Assembly (NCBI GenBank): GCA_016748015.1
Contig: JAAOMT010000348.1
Location: 37,171-101,170 of the forward strand
Source: Geosiphon pyriformis uo1
Taxonomy: Eukaryota; Fungi; Glomeromycota
Direction of reading: 5' to 3'
DNA: 64,000 bases
Part shown: one piece after another, positions 1-11,679 of the stretch
Layout of the letters: each line of letters opens with the position of its first letter
Numbering within the stretch: the stretch's first letter is position 1
Position numbers and translations under genes: made by a program
Notes under the pieces: generated by a model
Told to the model about the DNA's origin: nothing
Databases searched by the model: none
What the model saw: the letters and a program-made list of their open reading frames with translations, nothing else

Positions 1-1085
1 TATCCAAATATTATTCAATATGTTCAAAATTGTGATGCTTGTCAGAAAAAAAAAAGAACAAAACTCAGCAAACCATTAAGACCAATTAAAGTGAAACAAC
101 TATTTAACCATATTAGAATTGACTTAGTCAAACTATTAACAATAACTAACAAAAAAATAGATATATCACAGTAGCCATGGATTATCTTATTAAGTGGCCA
201 GAAACAAAAGCCATTTAAAGAGCAGATGCTGAATTCATTGCTAAATTCATTCATCAAGATTTAATTTGTCAACATGGATGTCTAAAAGAACTACTATCAG
301 ATCAAAGAACTTACTTCATAAACAAAATACTAGCAGAACTAAGTCAAATATTTGGAATTAAAAGACCATTATCATTATTATATCATTTATAAACAAATGG
401 GTTAGTTGAAAGATTTAACAGAACATTGTGTAAAGCAATTGCCAAAATCAGCCAAGAAACCAGAATGAATAAAATTTGTTTATATTATCAATATTATTTG
501 TTTATTGAACAATAAAACAAGACACTACATAAGCAATACTATTTAAATTAGTATATGATAGAACAACAACATTATTAGTTGAGATAAAAGTTAACACATA
601 TCCAACAGAACCAATAACTGAAAACAATTTTCAGGAAATATTGCTAAGAAGAACATATAACTTATGGAAACTCTAGAAAACAAATGACAAAAAGCAGCTG
701 ATAACATTTAAAAGTCACAAAAAAAACAAAAAAAAAACATGATAACTAACTATCAGATAAACCAGTTGAATTCAAGATTGGAGACAAAGTACTTTTATAT
801 CATACCAAAGCAGAAAAACAATAGAGTAGAAAATTTGACCCCAAATAGAACAGACTATTTCACATAAAAAAAATTCTAGAAAATGAAGCTTATAAATTAA
901 GGTTAAACAACAAAATTTTAATCAAAACAGCACATGGTAATTGACTGAAATTATATTACCATATAGTATCATCACTCACCAATAATATTTCACAATTAAG
1001 AGTACAGAGAATACTAGTCCAATCTAATAAAATTCTATAAGATCTAGAACTAATTATTATTATTAACACCAACATATCAAATTGA
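1..1085 (+). pseudogene. Integrase ORF2 of B1 (5' end outside window), many premature stops
   Basis: DDE core motifs and decayed GPF module; TGA at 1083-1085 is homologous to 6463 and 24955. Confidence 0.85.
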
Positions 1086-1138
1086 ACAACTAAAAGAATA
1101 TAAAAACATGGTAGATATAACAAAAGCAACAAAAAAAA

Positions 1139-1768
1139 ATAGAAATACCAAACCATATTTACACTTTAGCTCAACAACTCTTTCAACTAATACAATAATA
1201 AAAGATGAAAATTACAATCAATCAACAAATTATCAGATACAAAAACACCAAAAAAGAACCACAAGATAAAATACGGAGAAAAACAGAAAATACTATTGAT
1301 AAAATAATTACAAAGGCAAAATTGGTAATAAAAACACAACCAAAAGTTATTCAATATTAAGAGTTGATGATAAAAACATAGAATTGATAGACACAACAAT
1401 TTTCAAGAAACTTTTGCTATTTCTATTTGGAACAATATCTGAATATTCAGAACTTATATATAAACAAAACAAAGCAATTATTTAATCCAGGAATATTACA
1501 ACAACTTGAACAATTTGTGAAAAAAAACAATTTAATCACATAAGCATGAACCATTTATTGATTACAAATCGAATTTCAAGACCAACCAGAAATCTTACTC
1601 AATTCAACAATAGACTTTATTACTGTTAACCAAATGAAAAAAATAATCAATGCCCAATTTGAAAAATTACAGAACAAGATAACACAAGTAATTCTCGAAA
1701 AAGAAGTTCAAGAAATATTTAAAGATAGAGCATTAGAGTTAAGGAATATTGACAGAGCTCAATATTAA
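1139..1768 (+). pseudogene. Accessory ORF3 of B1 (unknown function)
   Basis: (M)EIPNHIYTLAQQLFQLIQ..KITINQQIIRY ... TIYxLQ..F ... DRAQY*; homologous to 25013-25574; start inferred ATG->ATA. Confidence 0.7.
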
Positions 1769-1782
1769 AAAAAAGAAAATAA

Positions 1783-2634
1783 TGTTATTCATAAAATATA
1801 AGAAGAATATTAGTATATAAAATAGCTAATTAGAAATAGATGTAGTAAATATGGAATTTTAAAATTTCTCTCAGAAAAATTGCAGGATTCCAAGAATTTC
1901 AAGATTCTCATATAAGAAATTGCAAAATTGCAGAATTGCAGAATTTCTCTCAAAAAGATTGCAGAATTCCAGAAATTTCAGAATTTTTGGTAAGAAAAAT
2001 TGAGGAATTAAGGAATCTCAATTATGTATATATAGCAGTAGTAGTAAAAAAAAAGAACAGACCTCTCAATTTAAATTTAATTTAAGCAATCTTCTACATC
2101 ACAAATATCAATAAATAATTCACTTTCTCAAATTTACTCTCTACTATCAATGCTTTATGTTGATAGTAATCAATACTTAATACATTAGAACAATAGCTCT
2201 TAATTATGACTATTGATAAAATACTAACTTGCAAATTGCCTTGGCTTATTTTCTTTATCATTTTTTTTATCTTTTTTATTTCTTTTTGTTTTATTAATTG
2301 ATTAATGATTAAAAAATGCTGAATTATAAACGTTATAGGGACTGGTAAAAGACTCATAAAACAAGGGTAAAACACTCATAATTGAGAATAGCTTACCAGA
2401 AGGATTACTGGCCACCATGCTGAAAAAAAAATTTGATAGAATTGCAATTCTAGGAGACTACTGACACAATAATTGAATCTTTGTCCATTATACAAAGAAC
2501 TCAACCAAAATCTTCAAACAACCAAAACTTTCAGATACAAACAATCTTTAGATATTACTAATGTCAACAAGCAAATTAGCACCAAGTTATGAGTTTGTTA
2601 TTTGATTTGAAATCCTAAATAATCATCTGTAACA
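1783..2634 (+). repeat. Family B LTR (3' LTR of B1)
   Basis: TG...CA termini, preceded by PPT; aligns with 4845-5633 and 25588-26451; internal GGATTCC/GAATT repeats and TATA-like GTATATATAG at ~2026. Confidence 0.9.
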
Positions 2635-3653
2635 ACATTAAAATTTCAATATACAATACAACCAGAAACTTTATAGAAATATCAAGTAAAACTACTATCA
2701 AATACTTAAGTACTGAAGTTGAAAACCAATTACCAATCATTATTTCAAATTTTTTACAACTGTATAGATATGTGGATATTATATTACAAACTATATATAA
2801 ACAAGAAAAATATTATTTCTTATAATCAAAATAATTAAAACAAATAAACTTGAGAAATTAAAACCTATTTTAATATATGCAACTTAAGATACTACTCAAC
2901 AATTTCATTAATATTTTTGTCAATAAAAACAAATTTGGTAGAACTGATATTATACAAGACCAGATTAAAACTAAAAATGATATGTTAATTAAACAAAAAA
3001 CATAGAAAGTACTATTTGCTAATCATAAGATTATTCAACAAGAAATCAATTGAATGTTGAACAATAAGTTAATTTAACTATTAATAAGTTTATGGTTATT
3101 ATTAGTGATATTTGTTCAGAAGAAAAATAAGAAAATCTGCTTTTGTATAAATTATAAAAAACTTAACAGTATTATTTGTAGAGACAGCTATCTAATTCCA
3201 TAGATCCAAAAACTATTTGACATTTTTGGAGGAAAGAAATAGTTTTCAACATTGGACTTAAATAATGGTTACTAACAAATAGTCATGAATTTAGCTGATA
3301 AAAAAAAGACAGCATTTACTATCAAAGAAAAAAATTTTGAATTCAGTATTATGCTATTTGGCTTAACTAATATTTTAACTATTTTTCAACATCTCATGAA
3401 AATTGTTTATACAGAATTACTATGAAAATTAGTAATAATTTATTTTGATAACATTAATATATTCTCAGAAACATTTAATGATTATCTTTATTATTTCTAA
3501 TAAGTGTTTAAAAGATTAAAACAAGTAGAGCTAAAGTTAAATGCCATTAAGTATTTTTTTAGAAAAACTAAACTCAAGTTATTGGAACATATTGTGAGCA
3601 AAAACAGCATAAAAACAAATTCAAACAAGATTAAAATAGACAAAAACTTCTTA

Positions 3654-4055
3654 NNNNNNNNNNNNNNNNNNNNNNNNNNNNNNNNNNNNNNNNNNNNNNN
3701 NNNNNNNNNNNNNNNNNNNNNNNNNNNNNNNNNNNNNNNNNNNNNNNNNNNNNNNNNNNNNNNNNNNNNNNNNNNNNNNNNNNNNNNNNNNNNNNNNNNN
3801 NNNNNNNNNNNNNNNNNNNNNNNNNNNNNNNNNNNNNNNNNNNNNNNNNNNNNNNNNNNNNNNNNNNNNNNNNNNNNNNNNNNNNNNNNNNNNNNNNNNN
3901 NNNNNNNNNNNNNNNNNNNNNNNNNNNNNNNNNNNNNNNNNNNNNNNNNNNNNNNNNNNNNNNNNNNNNNNNNNNNNNNNNNNNNNNNNNNNNNNNNNNN
4001 NNNNNNNNNNNNNNNNNNNNNNNNNNNNNNNNNNNNNNNNNNNNNNNNNNNNNNN
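3654..4055. other. Assembly gap (N run)
   Basis: Run of N. The homologous interval in B3 (~22950-23333) is of similar length, so no large hidden insertion is needed. Confidence 0.99.
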
Positions 4056-4844
4056 GTTGTCAAATAAAAAAAATACTTAAATTAAAAGTTTGATATATAT
4101 ATAGATTACAAAAAATTAACATTAATCCAAAAGCAAAAATTTGGAAATAATTACTATGTAAAATAAAAAATAAAACTATTATTATTTAATTATATTGTAT
4201 ATTATAAAAAATAAAAAAAAATAAAAATACCAATAGTTTGTTATAAATAAGACAAATTTAAACATTTCAATCCAAAAATATAACAAAAAATAAACATACA
4301 AAAATATTAACAACTTCAACACTATATTAAAACTTAACAGTTTAAGAAAAAATTATCTTAAAAAAAACAAAACAACATAAAACAACAATCAAAACATTTT
4401 ATTATTTACTAAAATATACTATATTAAAAAAACAAAAAATATTTAAACCAGTTACTTAAAGTAATTACAGAACCAGAAAAAGAAACAATACTGTTTAACA
4501 TGCACTCAGATCCAGTAGCAAAACATTTTTATAAAAAAACAACCATAGAAAAAACCAGAAAAAAATATTACTGGCCATTTATGTATTTAAAAATTATCTA
4601 ATATATTTAAAATTGTGATGCTTATCAAAAAAAAAAGAGAAACAAGATCCAGTAAACTGTTAAAACCAATTAAAATAAGACAACTATTTGATTAAATTAG
4701 AATTAACTTAGTGAAACCATTAACTATAACTAGTAATAACAATTAATACATAGTAATAATCATAAATTATCTCACAAAATAGCCAGAAGCAAAAGCAATT
4801 CAAAGAGCAAATACAGAATTTATAGCTGAATTTATTTACCAAAA

Positions 4845-5633
4845 TATTACTCATAGAATATAGAAATTAAATATTAGTACATAAGCCAATCAGAATAGAC
4901 ATAGTAAAAGTGGAATTCCAGGATTTTTTTCAGAAGAATTGCAGGATTCCAGAATTATAGAATTCTCATATAAAAAATTACAAAATTTTTGGAATTCTAA
5001 GATTCCTAGCTAGAGAATTGAGAAATTCAAAAATAGTTATTATCAACCAAAATAGAATTTTATCAATAAAATATCTCTTCAATTCTTTAAATTCATATTA
5101 TTATCTACTACTTAATCTGTTAGCACAATAGTTTTGATCATGGCTATTAACAAGACACTTATTTTTTATTTTATTTTCTTTATTTTTTTATTTTTTTTAT
5201 TTTTTTTTATTTTTTTTTGTTGTTTACTAAATTAATTAAAAAAATTAAACACTAAGTTATTAACGTCAAAAATAGTCTGGTAAAAGATCAAGAGTATAAA
5301 ATTTATAAATTAATAAATAGCTTACCAGAAAAACATGACTGCCAGAATAAATCAGCCATCACACTAAAGAAAAAAATTTGACAGAATAACTATTCTGGAA
5401 GGCTATGAACACTAAAACATACCAACTCAAAGATTGAAAAAGAAAATTAAAAACATTATACCAAGATATTAACATTGAATTTCTGTCTATTATACAAAGA
5501 ACTTAACCAAAACTTTCAGATTATAAAAACCTTCAAATACAAAATCTTTAAAAACCAACATTATTATATCAATTGAACACCAAAGTTACAGATTTGTTAT
5601 TTGTTTCTAAATCCCAAATAATCACTTGTAATA
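4845..5633 (+). repeat. Solo family B LTR inside the B2 integrase, 5-bp TSD CAAAA
   Basis: Termini TATTACTC...TGTAATA (decayed TG...CA); CAAAA on both sides; removing it restores the FIYQxLIC integrase frame. Confidence 0.85.
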
Positions 5634-6748
5634 CAAAATTTGATTTGTTGATATGAATATCCAAAAAAATTGTTATCAGACCAGAAAATCCACTTTATGA
5701 ACAGAATATTAACAAAATTAAGCCAAAAATTTGGAATTAAAAGACTATTATTATTATCATATCATGTATAAACCAATAATTTAGTCAAAAGATTTAACAG
5801 AATATTGTGCAAAGTAATAGCCAAGATTAACCAAAAACATCAAGACAAATAAGATTTATTTATACTACCAGTATTATTTGCTTATTGGACAATAAAGCAA
5901 AATACTACACAAACAATATTATTTAAACTAGTCTATATTAAAACAGCAATATTACAGTTAAGATATATATTAATATATATCTAACAAAACCAATAACAGA
6001 AGCTAACTTTTAAAAAACATTGCTAAAAAAAACATATGACTTAATAGAAACTTTAAAAAACAAAAGACAAAAAACAGTTAATAATATATATAAATTACAA
6101 ACAAAACAAAAAAAATGACATGATAACCAATTATTAGATAAACTAGTCAAATTTAAGATTGAAAACAAAGTACTTTTATATTGTATCAAAGTAAAAAAAC
6201 AATAGAATAAAAAATTTGACTTCAAATAGAACAGACTATTTTATATTAAAAAAATTCTAGGAAATAGAGCTTATAAATTAAGATAAACAACAAAATTTTA
6301 GCTAAAGTAACACATAGAAATTAACTAAAATTATAATACAATATAATATTATTATTTACCAATAATATTCCACAATTGGAAATACAATAAATACTAATTT
6401 AACCAAATGAGATTCCACAAAATCTAAAACCAGTTATAATTATTGATACAAACATGTCAAATTGATCTACAAAAACAGTATATAAAAAATTAATATATAC
6501 AATAAAAGCAAGTAAAAAAATGGAAATTACTGACAATATTTTCTCATTTGTACAACAATTATTACAACTTATTTAACATCAAAAATCAAGTCTAGAAATT
6601 ATTATTAACAAACAAGCAATTTAAAATAAAAACAAAAGAATAAATCAAAAATCTCAATATTCCAGATATTATATTTCTGGAAATCTAGTAAACAAAATAA
6701 TAGAAAAAGTGGAAAAGACTCTAAAAACTTCAAGGATAGTAATATTAG

Positions 6749-7699
6749 TATTACCAATAAAATTTTAGCTATTAATTAGCATGAAATTACCTTCATAATT
6801 CCTATTATATATTAGCATATATTATTATTATTTCGATTATTACTTATTATTTAATCAAATTATCAAATATTATTACTCAATTAATAAACCAATTTGTACC
6901 ATAAAAATTAAAATGATCAAATTACACAATACTCTGAACCATTTAATATAGTTAAAATTCGCCGAAATAATTAATAGTTTGTACAAATAACTTGTAGTTC
7001 ACCAAAATATATCTTTAGTTTGCCAAAATTAAAGCAAAGAAAAAAGTGCAAGTTCAAAGACTAGTATTACAACAAGTTGTATAAAAAAAAAGCTTTTCTC
7101 TTCAAGAAAATGTATCTTTTTATATCATAGTATAGTATTTTACTTTAGATATCTTAATTATAACAAATCATTTTTTACAAAAATCAAATAAAAATTAAAA
7201 TATTCTAAAACCAAATTCTTAAATTATTACACTTAAAATTCTTTTAGCACAATTAACGTTTTGAAATTAATTAACTACCAATTTCAATAAACTGTTAGTA
7301 ACTCCAGGTCTGAATAGAAAATGTTTCTTTTGATAAAATCTTATTTTTTTTACATTTTTTTTATTTTTTTTCTCTTTTCTTACTATAATTATTAGAGTAG
7401 TCTGCAGACAAAATTTCTGTAGAAAAGTTAACTTTCACAGCAAAAGTAACTACACATTTTTAGTAAACTTCTAGATAAGCAATTCCTGAGAAGAAGTTGA
7501 CATTTATTACAACATAATTACACAAAAAAACTGGCACAGAATTAGTCATTTTACTTATAAGTTCAGCAGTTCAAATTATAGAAGATAATTTGAAAATAAA
7601 TTCAGTTATTGGAGGTTCAACTGCTTCCAAAAAACATAAAATTAGCAACAGACAAACATTAACAACATTCAAAAAAAAGACCAAAAACCTTTGGTAACA
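6749..7699 (+). repeat. Family A 5' LTR of A1
   Basis: TATTACC...GGTAACA, followed by TT and the PBS. Confidence 0.9.
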
Positions 7700-7701
7700 T
7701 T

Positions 7702-7719
7702 TGGTGCTCTCTCACAGAA
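7702..7719 (+). promoter_or_regulatory. Primer binding site of A1
   Basis: TGGTGCTCTCTCACAGAA 2 nt after the LTR; complementary to a tRNA 3' end (...CCA). Confidence 0.8.
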
Positions 7720-8171
7720 ATAACATAGCAACAGCAAATTTAAAGTAGTGACCACACCAAACACAATAACTCTAAAATATTATCAATCAATTTACATTCA
7801 CTGCAAGCAAAGATTCAACATTTAAGACGGAATTGAAATTTTTAAGAAATCACTATACCAATATATTAAAAACTGCATCAACAATTATTTTTTTGGAAAC
7901 TACAATATTTCAAAAGTCAGAAACAACTTTTACAATATTTTATTGTACTATTTACTATTGAGAACTAAAGATTTTAACAGTGAAATACTTGTTACTTACT
8001 TTCAAGAACTTAACTTTAACATTATCCAGTACTGTAAAAAAAAGTATCTAGTACAATCCAAATACTTTCTTAACTTTAAATCAGAAACAGAGACAAGCAA
8101 CAAAGGCAAAAAAAATTGAAACAACACTCAAAAACTGCTCCAAACACTCTAAGAATACCAAAAACAACTGC

Positions 8172-9160
8172 TGTTATCAGAGATTTTTGGTCTCTTTTCT
8201 TGAATGCTGTTAATGTTAATTTGCTGTTAATATTAATTTGCTGTAAATTTACATTTCCAAGAAGTAGTTGAACCTCCAGTAACTGAATTTATCTTCAAAT
8301 TATCTCCTATAATTTGAATTATTGGGCTTATAAGTGGAATGGCCAATTTTTTGCCAGTTACTTTATGTAGTTCTATTGTAGTAAACATTAACTCTTTCCT
8401 AGGAATTGCTTATCTGGAAGCTCACTAAAAATGTGTAGTTACTTTGCTGTGAAAGTCAACTTTTCTACAGGAATCTTGTCTGTAGGCTACCTTAATAATT
8501 ATAATAAGAAAAAAAAGAAAAATAAAAGAAATATAAAAGAAATAGAATTTTATCAAGAGAAACGTTTTTCTATTCAGGCCTGGAGTCACTAACAGTTTAT
8601 TGAAATTGGTAGCTAATCAATTTCAAAACGTTAGTTGTGTTGAGAGAATTTTAAGTGTGATAATTTAAGAATTTGGTTTTTCGAATATTTAATTTTTATT
8701 TGAATGTGTAAAAGTGATTTGTTTCAATTAAGATCTCTAAAGTAGAATGCTATAGTAAGATACTATAAGAAGATACATTTTCTTGAAGAGAGAAGCTCTT
8801 CTTTTATATAACTTGTTGTGGTACTAGTTTTTGAACTTGCACTTTTCTCTTTGCTACAATTTGGGTGAACTTAAGATATATTTCAGCAAATTTACAAGTT
8901 ATTTCACTGAACTATTGATTATTTCGGCGAATTTTCATTAATTTCGGCAAATTTTGACTATGTTAAATGGTTCAGGGTATTGTGTAATTTGATTATCTTA
9001 ATTTCTAGAGTACAAATCTGATTATTGATTAAGTAATAATATTTAATAATTTGGTTAAATAATAAGTGATAATCGAATTAATAATAATGTATGCTAATTA
9101 ATAATAGGAATTATGAGAGTAATTTCATGCTAGTTAATGACTAAAATTTTACTGGTAACA
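8172..9160 (-). repeat. Solo family A LTR in A1 gag, TSD CTGC
   Basis: TGTTATC...GGTAACA flanked by CTGC/CTGC; excision restores KTTAKxLQTP. Confidence 0.92.
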
Positions 9161-9510
9161 CTGCCAAATACTTGCAAACACCTGAACAAGGAACCAGCAT
9201 TAAATTATTACTTTTTATTATACCATTTCCAATTTCACTTGCTTAACCATAAACACCAAGTTCACCACTTATCTGTTTCTTCAGACCAGAAGATTTTTAG
9301 TTACCTAAAAATCTTACTCAACAGCAAAAACCAATATCAATTAGCACTAATATTATTAATTATTTACAAGAAAATAAAAGTAATCATTCAAAAAACTTAG
9401 AAAGTAAAGAAACTAAATCAGAACAAGAAAAAACTACAGAAAATGAAAAAAAATGGCAACTGTTTATATTGCAAAAATCCCAAATTTACTGGTGAAAATA
9501 ATAATACCAG

Positions 9511-10492
9511 TGTTACTGGAGGTTTTTGGTCTCTTTTCTTAAATGTTGGTAATGTTGATTTGCTGTGAATTCACGTTTTCAGGAAGTAGTTAAACCTCCA
9601 ATAACTGAATTTATCTTCAAATTATCTCCTATAATTTGAACTGCTGGGCTTATAAGTGGAATGGCCAATTCTTTGCCAGTTACTTTATGTAGTTCTATTG
9701 TAGTAAACGTTAACTCTTTCCCAAGAATTGCTCGTCTGGAAGCTCACTAAAATGTATAGTTACTTTGCTGTGAAAGTCAATTTTTCTACAGGAATCTCGT
9801 CTGTAGGCTACTCTAATGATTGTAATAAGAAAAGAAAAGGAAATAAAAGAAATATAAAAGAAATAAAATTTTGTCAAGAGAAACGTTTTCTATCCAGGCC
9901 TGGAGTCACTAACATCTTACTGAAATTGGTAGCTAATCAATTTCGAAATGTTAGTTGGTTTTTGAATTTTTTTCCAAGTGCAATAATTTAAAGAATTTGG
10001 TTTTTCGAATTATTTGATATTTATTTCTTTTTGTGTGTATAAGAACGGTTTTAAGAGATAAATCTAAAGGAAGATATTTTTTTCTCAAAGAAAGAAGCTT
10101 TTCTTTTATACAACTTGTCGTAACACTATTCTATGAATTTGAACTTTGCTATTTTCTACAATTTTGCTGAACTAAAGATACATTTTGGCAAACTACAAGT
10201 TATTTCTGCGAACTTATTAGATATTTTGGTGAACTATCAATTATTTCGGCGAATTTCTATAAATTTCAGCAAACTTTTGAATGTTACATAGTTTGAGGTA
10301 TTGCATGATTGATCATCGCAATTAGGTTACATTTGTGTTGTGTACAATTTGGGTTATTAATTAAATGATAATTTCGGACATTCTTTGCTAATGTAATAAG
10401 TGATAATTTGAAACGATAATATATGCTAATTAATGATTGGAATTATAAGATAGTTTCATGCTAAATGATATCTCTAATTTCGTCTGGTAACA
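9511..10492 (-). repeat. Solo family A LTR in A1 gag, TSD CCAG
   Basis: TGTTACT...GGTAACA flanked by CCAG/CCAG; its U3 half resembles the A2 LTRs. Confidence 0.92.
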
Positions 10493-11489
10493 CCAGCTTT
10501 CAAAAATGGCTTAACAAAGTCCAAAAAGCAGAAAATGCAAATAAATAAAATACAGCAAAAATGTTCAAAGCAATTTCATACCTTCTTTAAAAAATTATAG
10601 AAGAATGATTTGAAAACTTAGAAGAACCATTTGGAAACTGGCAAGCATTCAAAAATGCTTTCTTATAACAATTCACTGACAACAACACTTTTATCACTCT
10701 CCAAAATCACTTTTACAATATTAAACAAGAAACATCTAAAACTGTTATAACCTATCTTGGAAGATTTAATAATCTTCTTAGACAAATTTGACAATTAGAA
10801 ATCAATTAATACTATTTCAATGCCCAGATTTTGGATCAGTTTATAGCAGAATTAAAAGACAAATTGATCAAAAAAATTTGCCCACCTGCTCTAGAACACT
10901 TAGCAATAGTCATTAAACATGCAAAAAACTATAAAATAACAATAGAAGAAGCAAACCATATCAAACTTGTGAATCTTGCTATTAAAAAAACCAGCTCAGC
11001 AGCTGAAGAAAAAATTGATCAGCTTACAAAAAAGGTTGAAAACTATCAATAACAGCAACAACAAACACAAAAATATTAACCACCACAACAACAAAACCAA
11101 ACCAACTACCCATTATTATTAAACAGTTAAAACCAAAGTTGTCATTATTGTGGAATTCTAGGACATTGGAAACAAGACTGCAAAAAGCTACAAAGAAACC
11201 AACAAAACAGGAGTAATTAATGTTACTTTTCAACATAGCAATTTCATTATCAGCCTTCACTACCAGTCTACTATTTCTCAAGATTCCAACAGCAAAACAG
11301 TTACTATTAACCTTCTTTTAGCAACAATATCAACAACCTTTACCAATTCAACAGTATCAACAGCCACTTATACAACAATATTAAGTACCTGTCCAAAGAT
11401 TGATTTAACAAAACCAATTCACACCCCAAAATTAATTCCATAATAATAATAACAGAATCAACTTAAACAACTAGTTGGTTTCTCAAAAT

Positions 11490-11679
11490 TCTGGTCAGTA
11501 AAGATCCAATTACTACCACACTCAATCCAGTTATCTTACAATGCCAAAAGAATCAGATTTTTAACAAACTGCACTTTCTAAAAATCTGGTTAGTAAAGAC
11601 CCAATTACTATCACACTCAATCCAGTTATCTTACAATGCCAAAAGAATCAGATTTTTAACAAACTGCACTTTCTAAAAA
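11490..11679 (+). repeat. 95-bp direct tandem duplication in the A1 gag-protease linker
   Basis: TCTGGT(C/T)AGTAAAGA...TTTCTAAAAA occurs twice with period 95. Confidence 0.9.

Larger units (their letters stand above)
1..2634 (+). mobile_element. Gypsy family B element B1, 3' part (integrase, ORF3, PPT, 3' LTR), inserted into the pol region of another family B copy
   Basis: Decayed integrase (C-D-A-C, D-L-V-x-L, DYLIKWPE, SDQxT, QTNGLVERFN), then ORF3, purine tract 1767-1779 and LTR TGTTATTC...TGTAACA. Right flank resumes B pol (NIKIxIYNTT). Confidence 0.9.
2635..6748 (+). mobile_element. Gypsy family B element B2, internal fragment (RT, RNase H, integrase, start of ORF3), strongly AT-decayed, cut off by a family A LTR
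   Basis: Colinear with 21930-25130 (FGRTDIIQ, FSTLDL, IYFDNIN, LKLNAIKY); contains the N gap and a solo B LTR; ORF3 start MEITDNI at 6520. Confidence 0.85.

Noticed and set aside
2635-2639. ACATT follows both B 3' LTRs (2635 and 26452): LTR extension or shared TSD?
   Set aside because: Each is explained by its host reading frame (B pol, LINE RNase H) and the solo B LTR is followed by CAAAA. Two cases in AT-rich DNA are insufficient.
3497-4067. Two 187-188 aa ORFs
   Set aside because: Artefacts of translating through the N gap.
9728-9991. Recurrent ~85-aa ORF (..YFAVKVNSSTGISSV..) also at 29879 and 48998
   Set aside because: Antisense frame within LTR copies. It recurs only because the LTR does, has TTG starts, frameshifts in A-runs and no protein motif.
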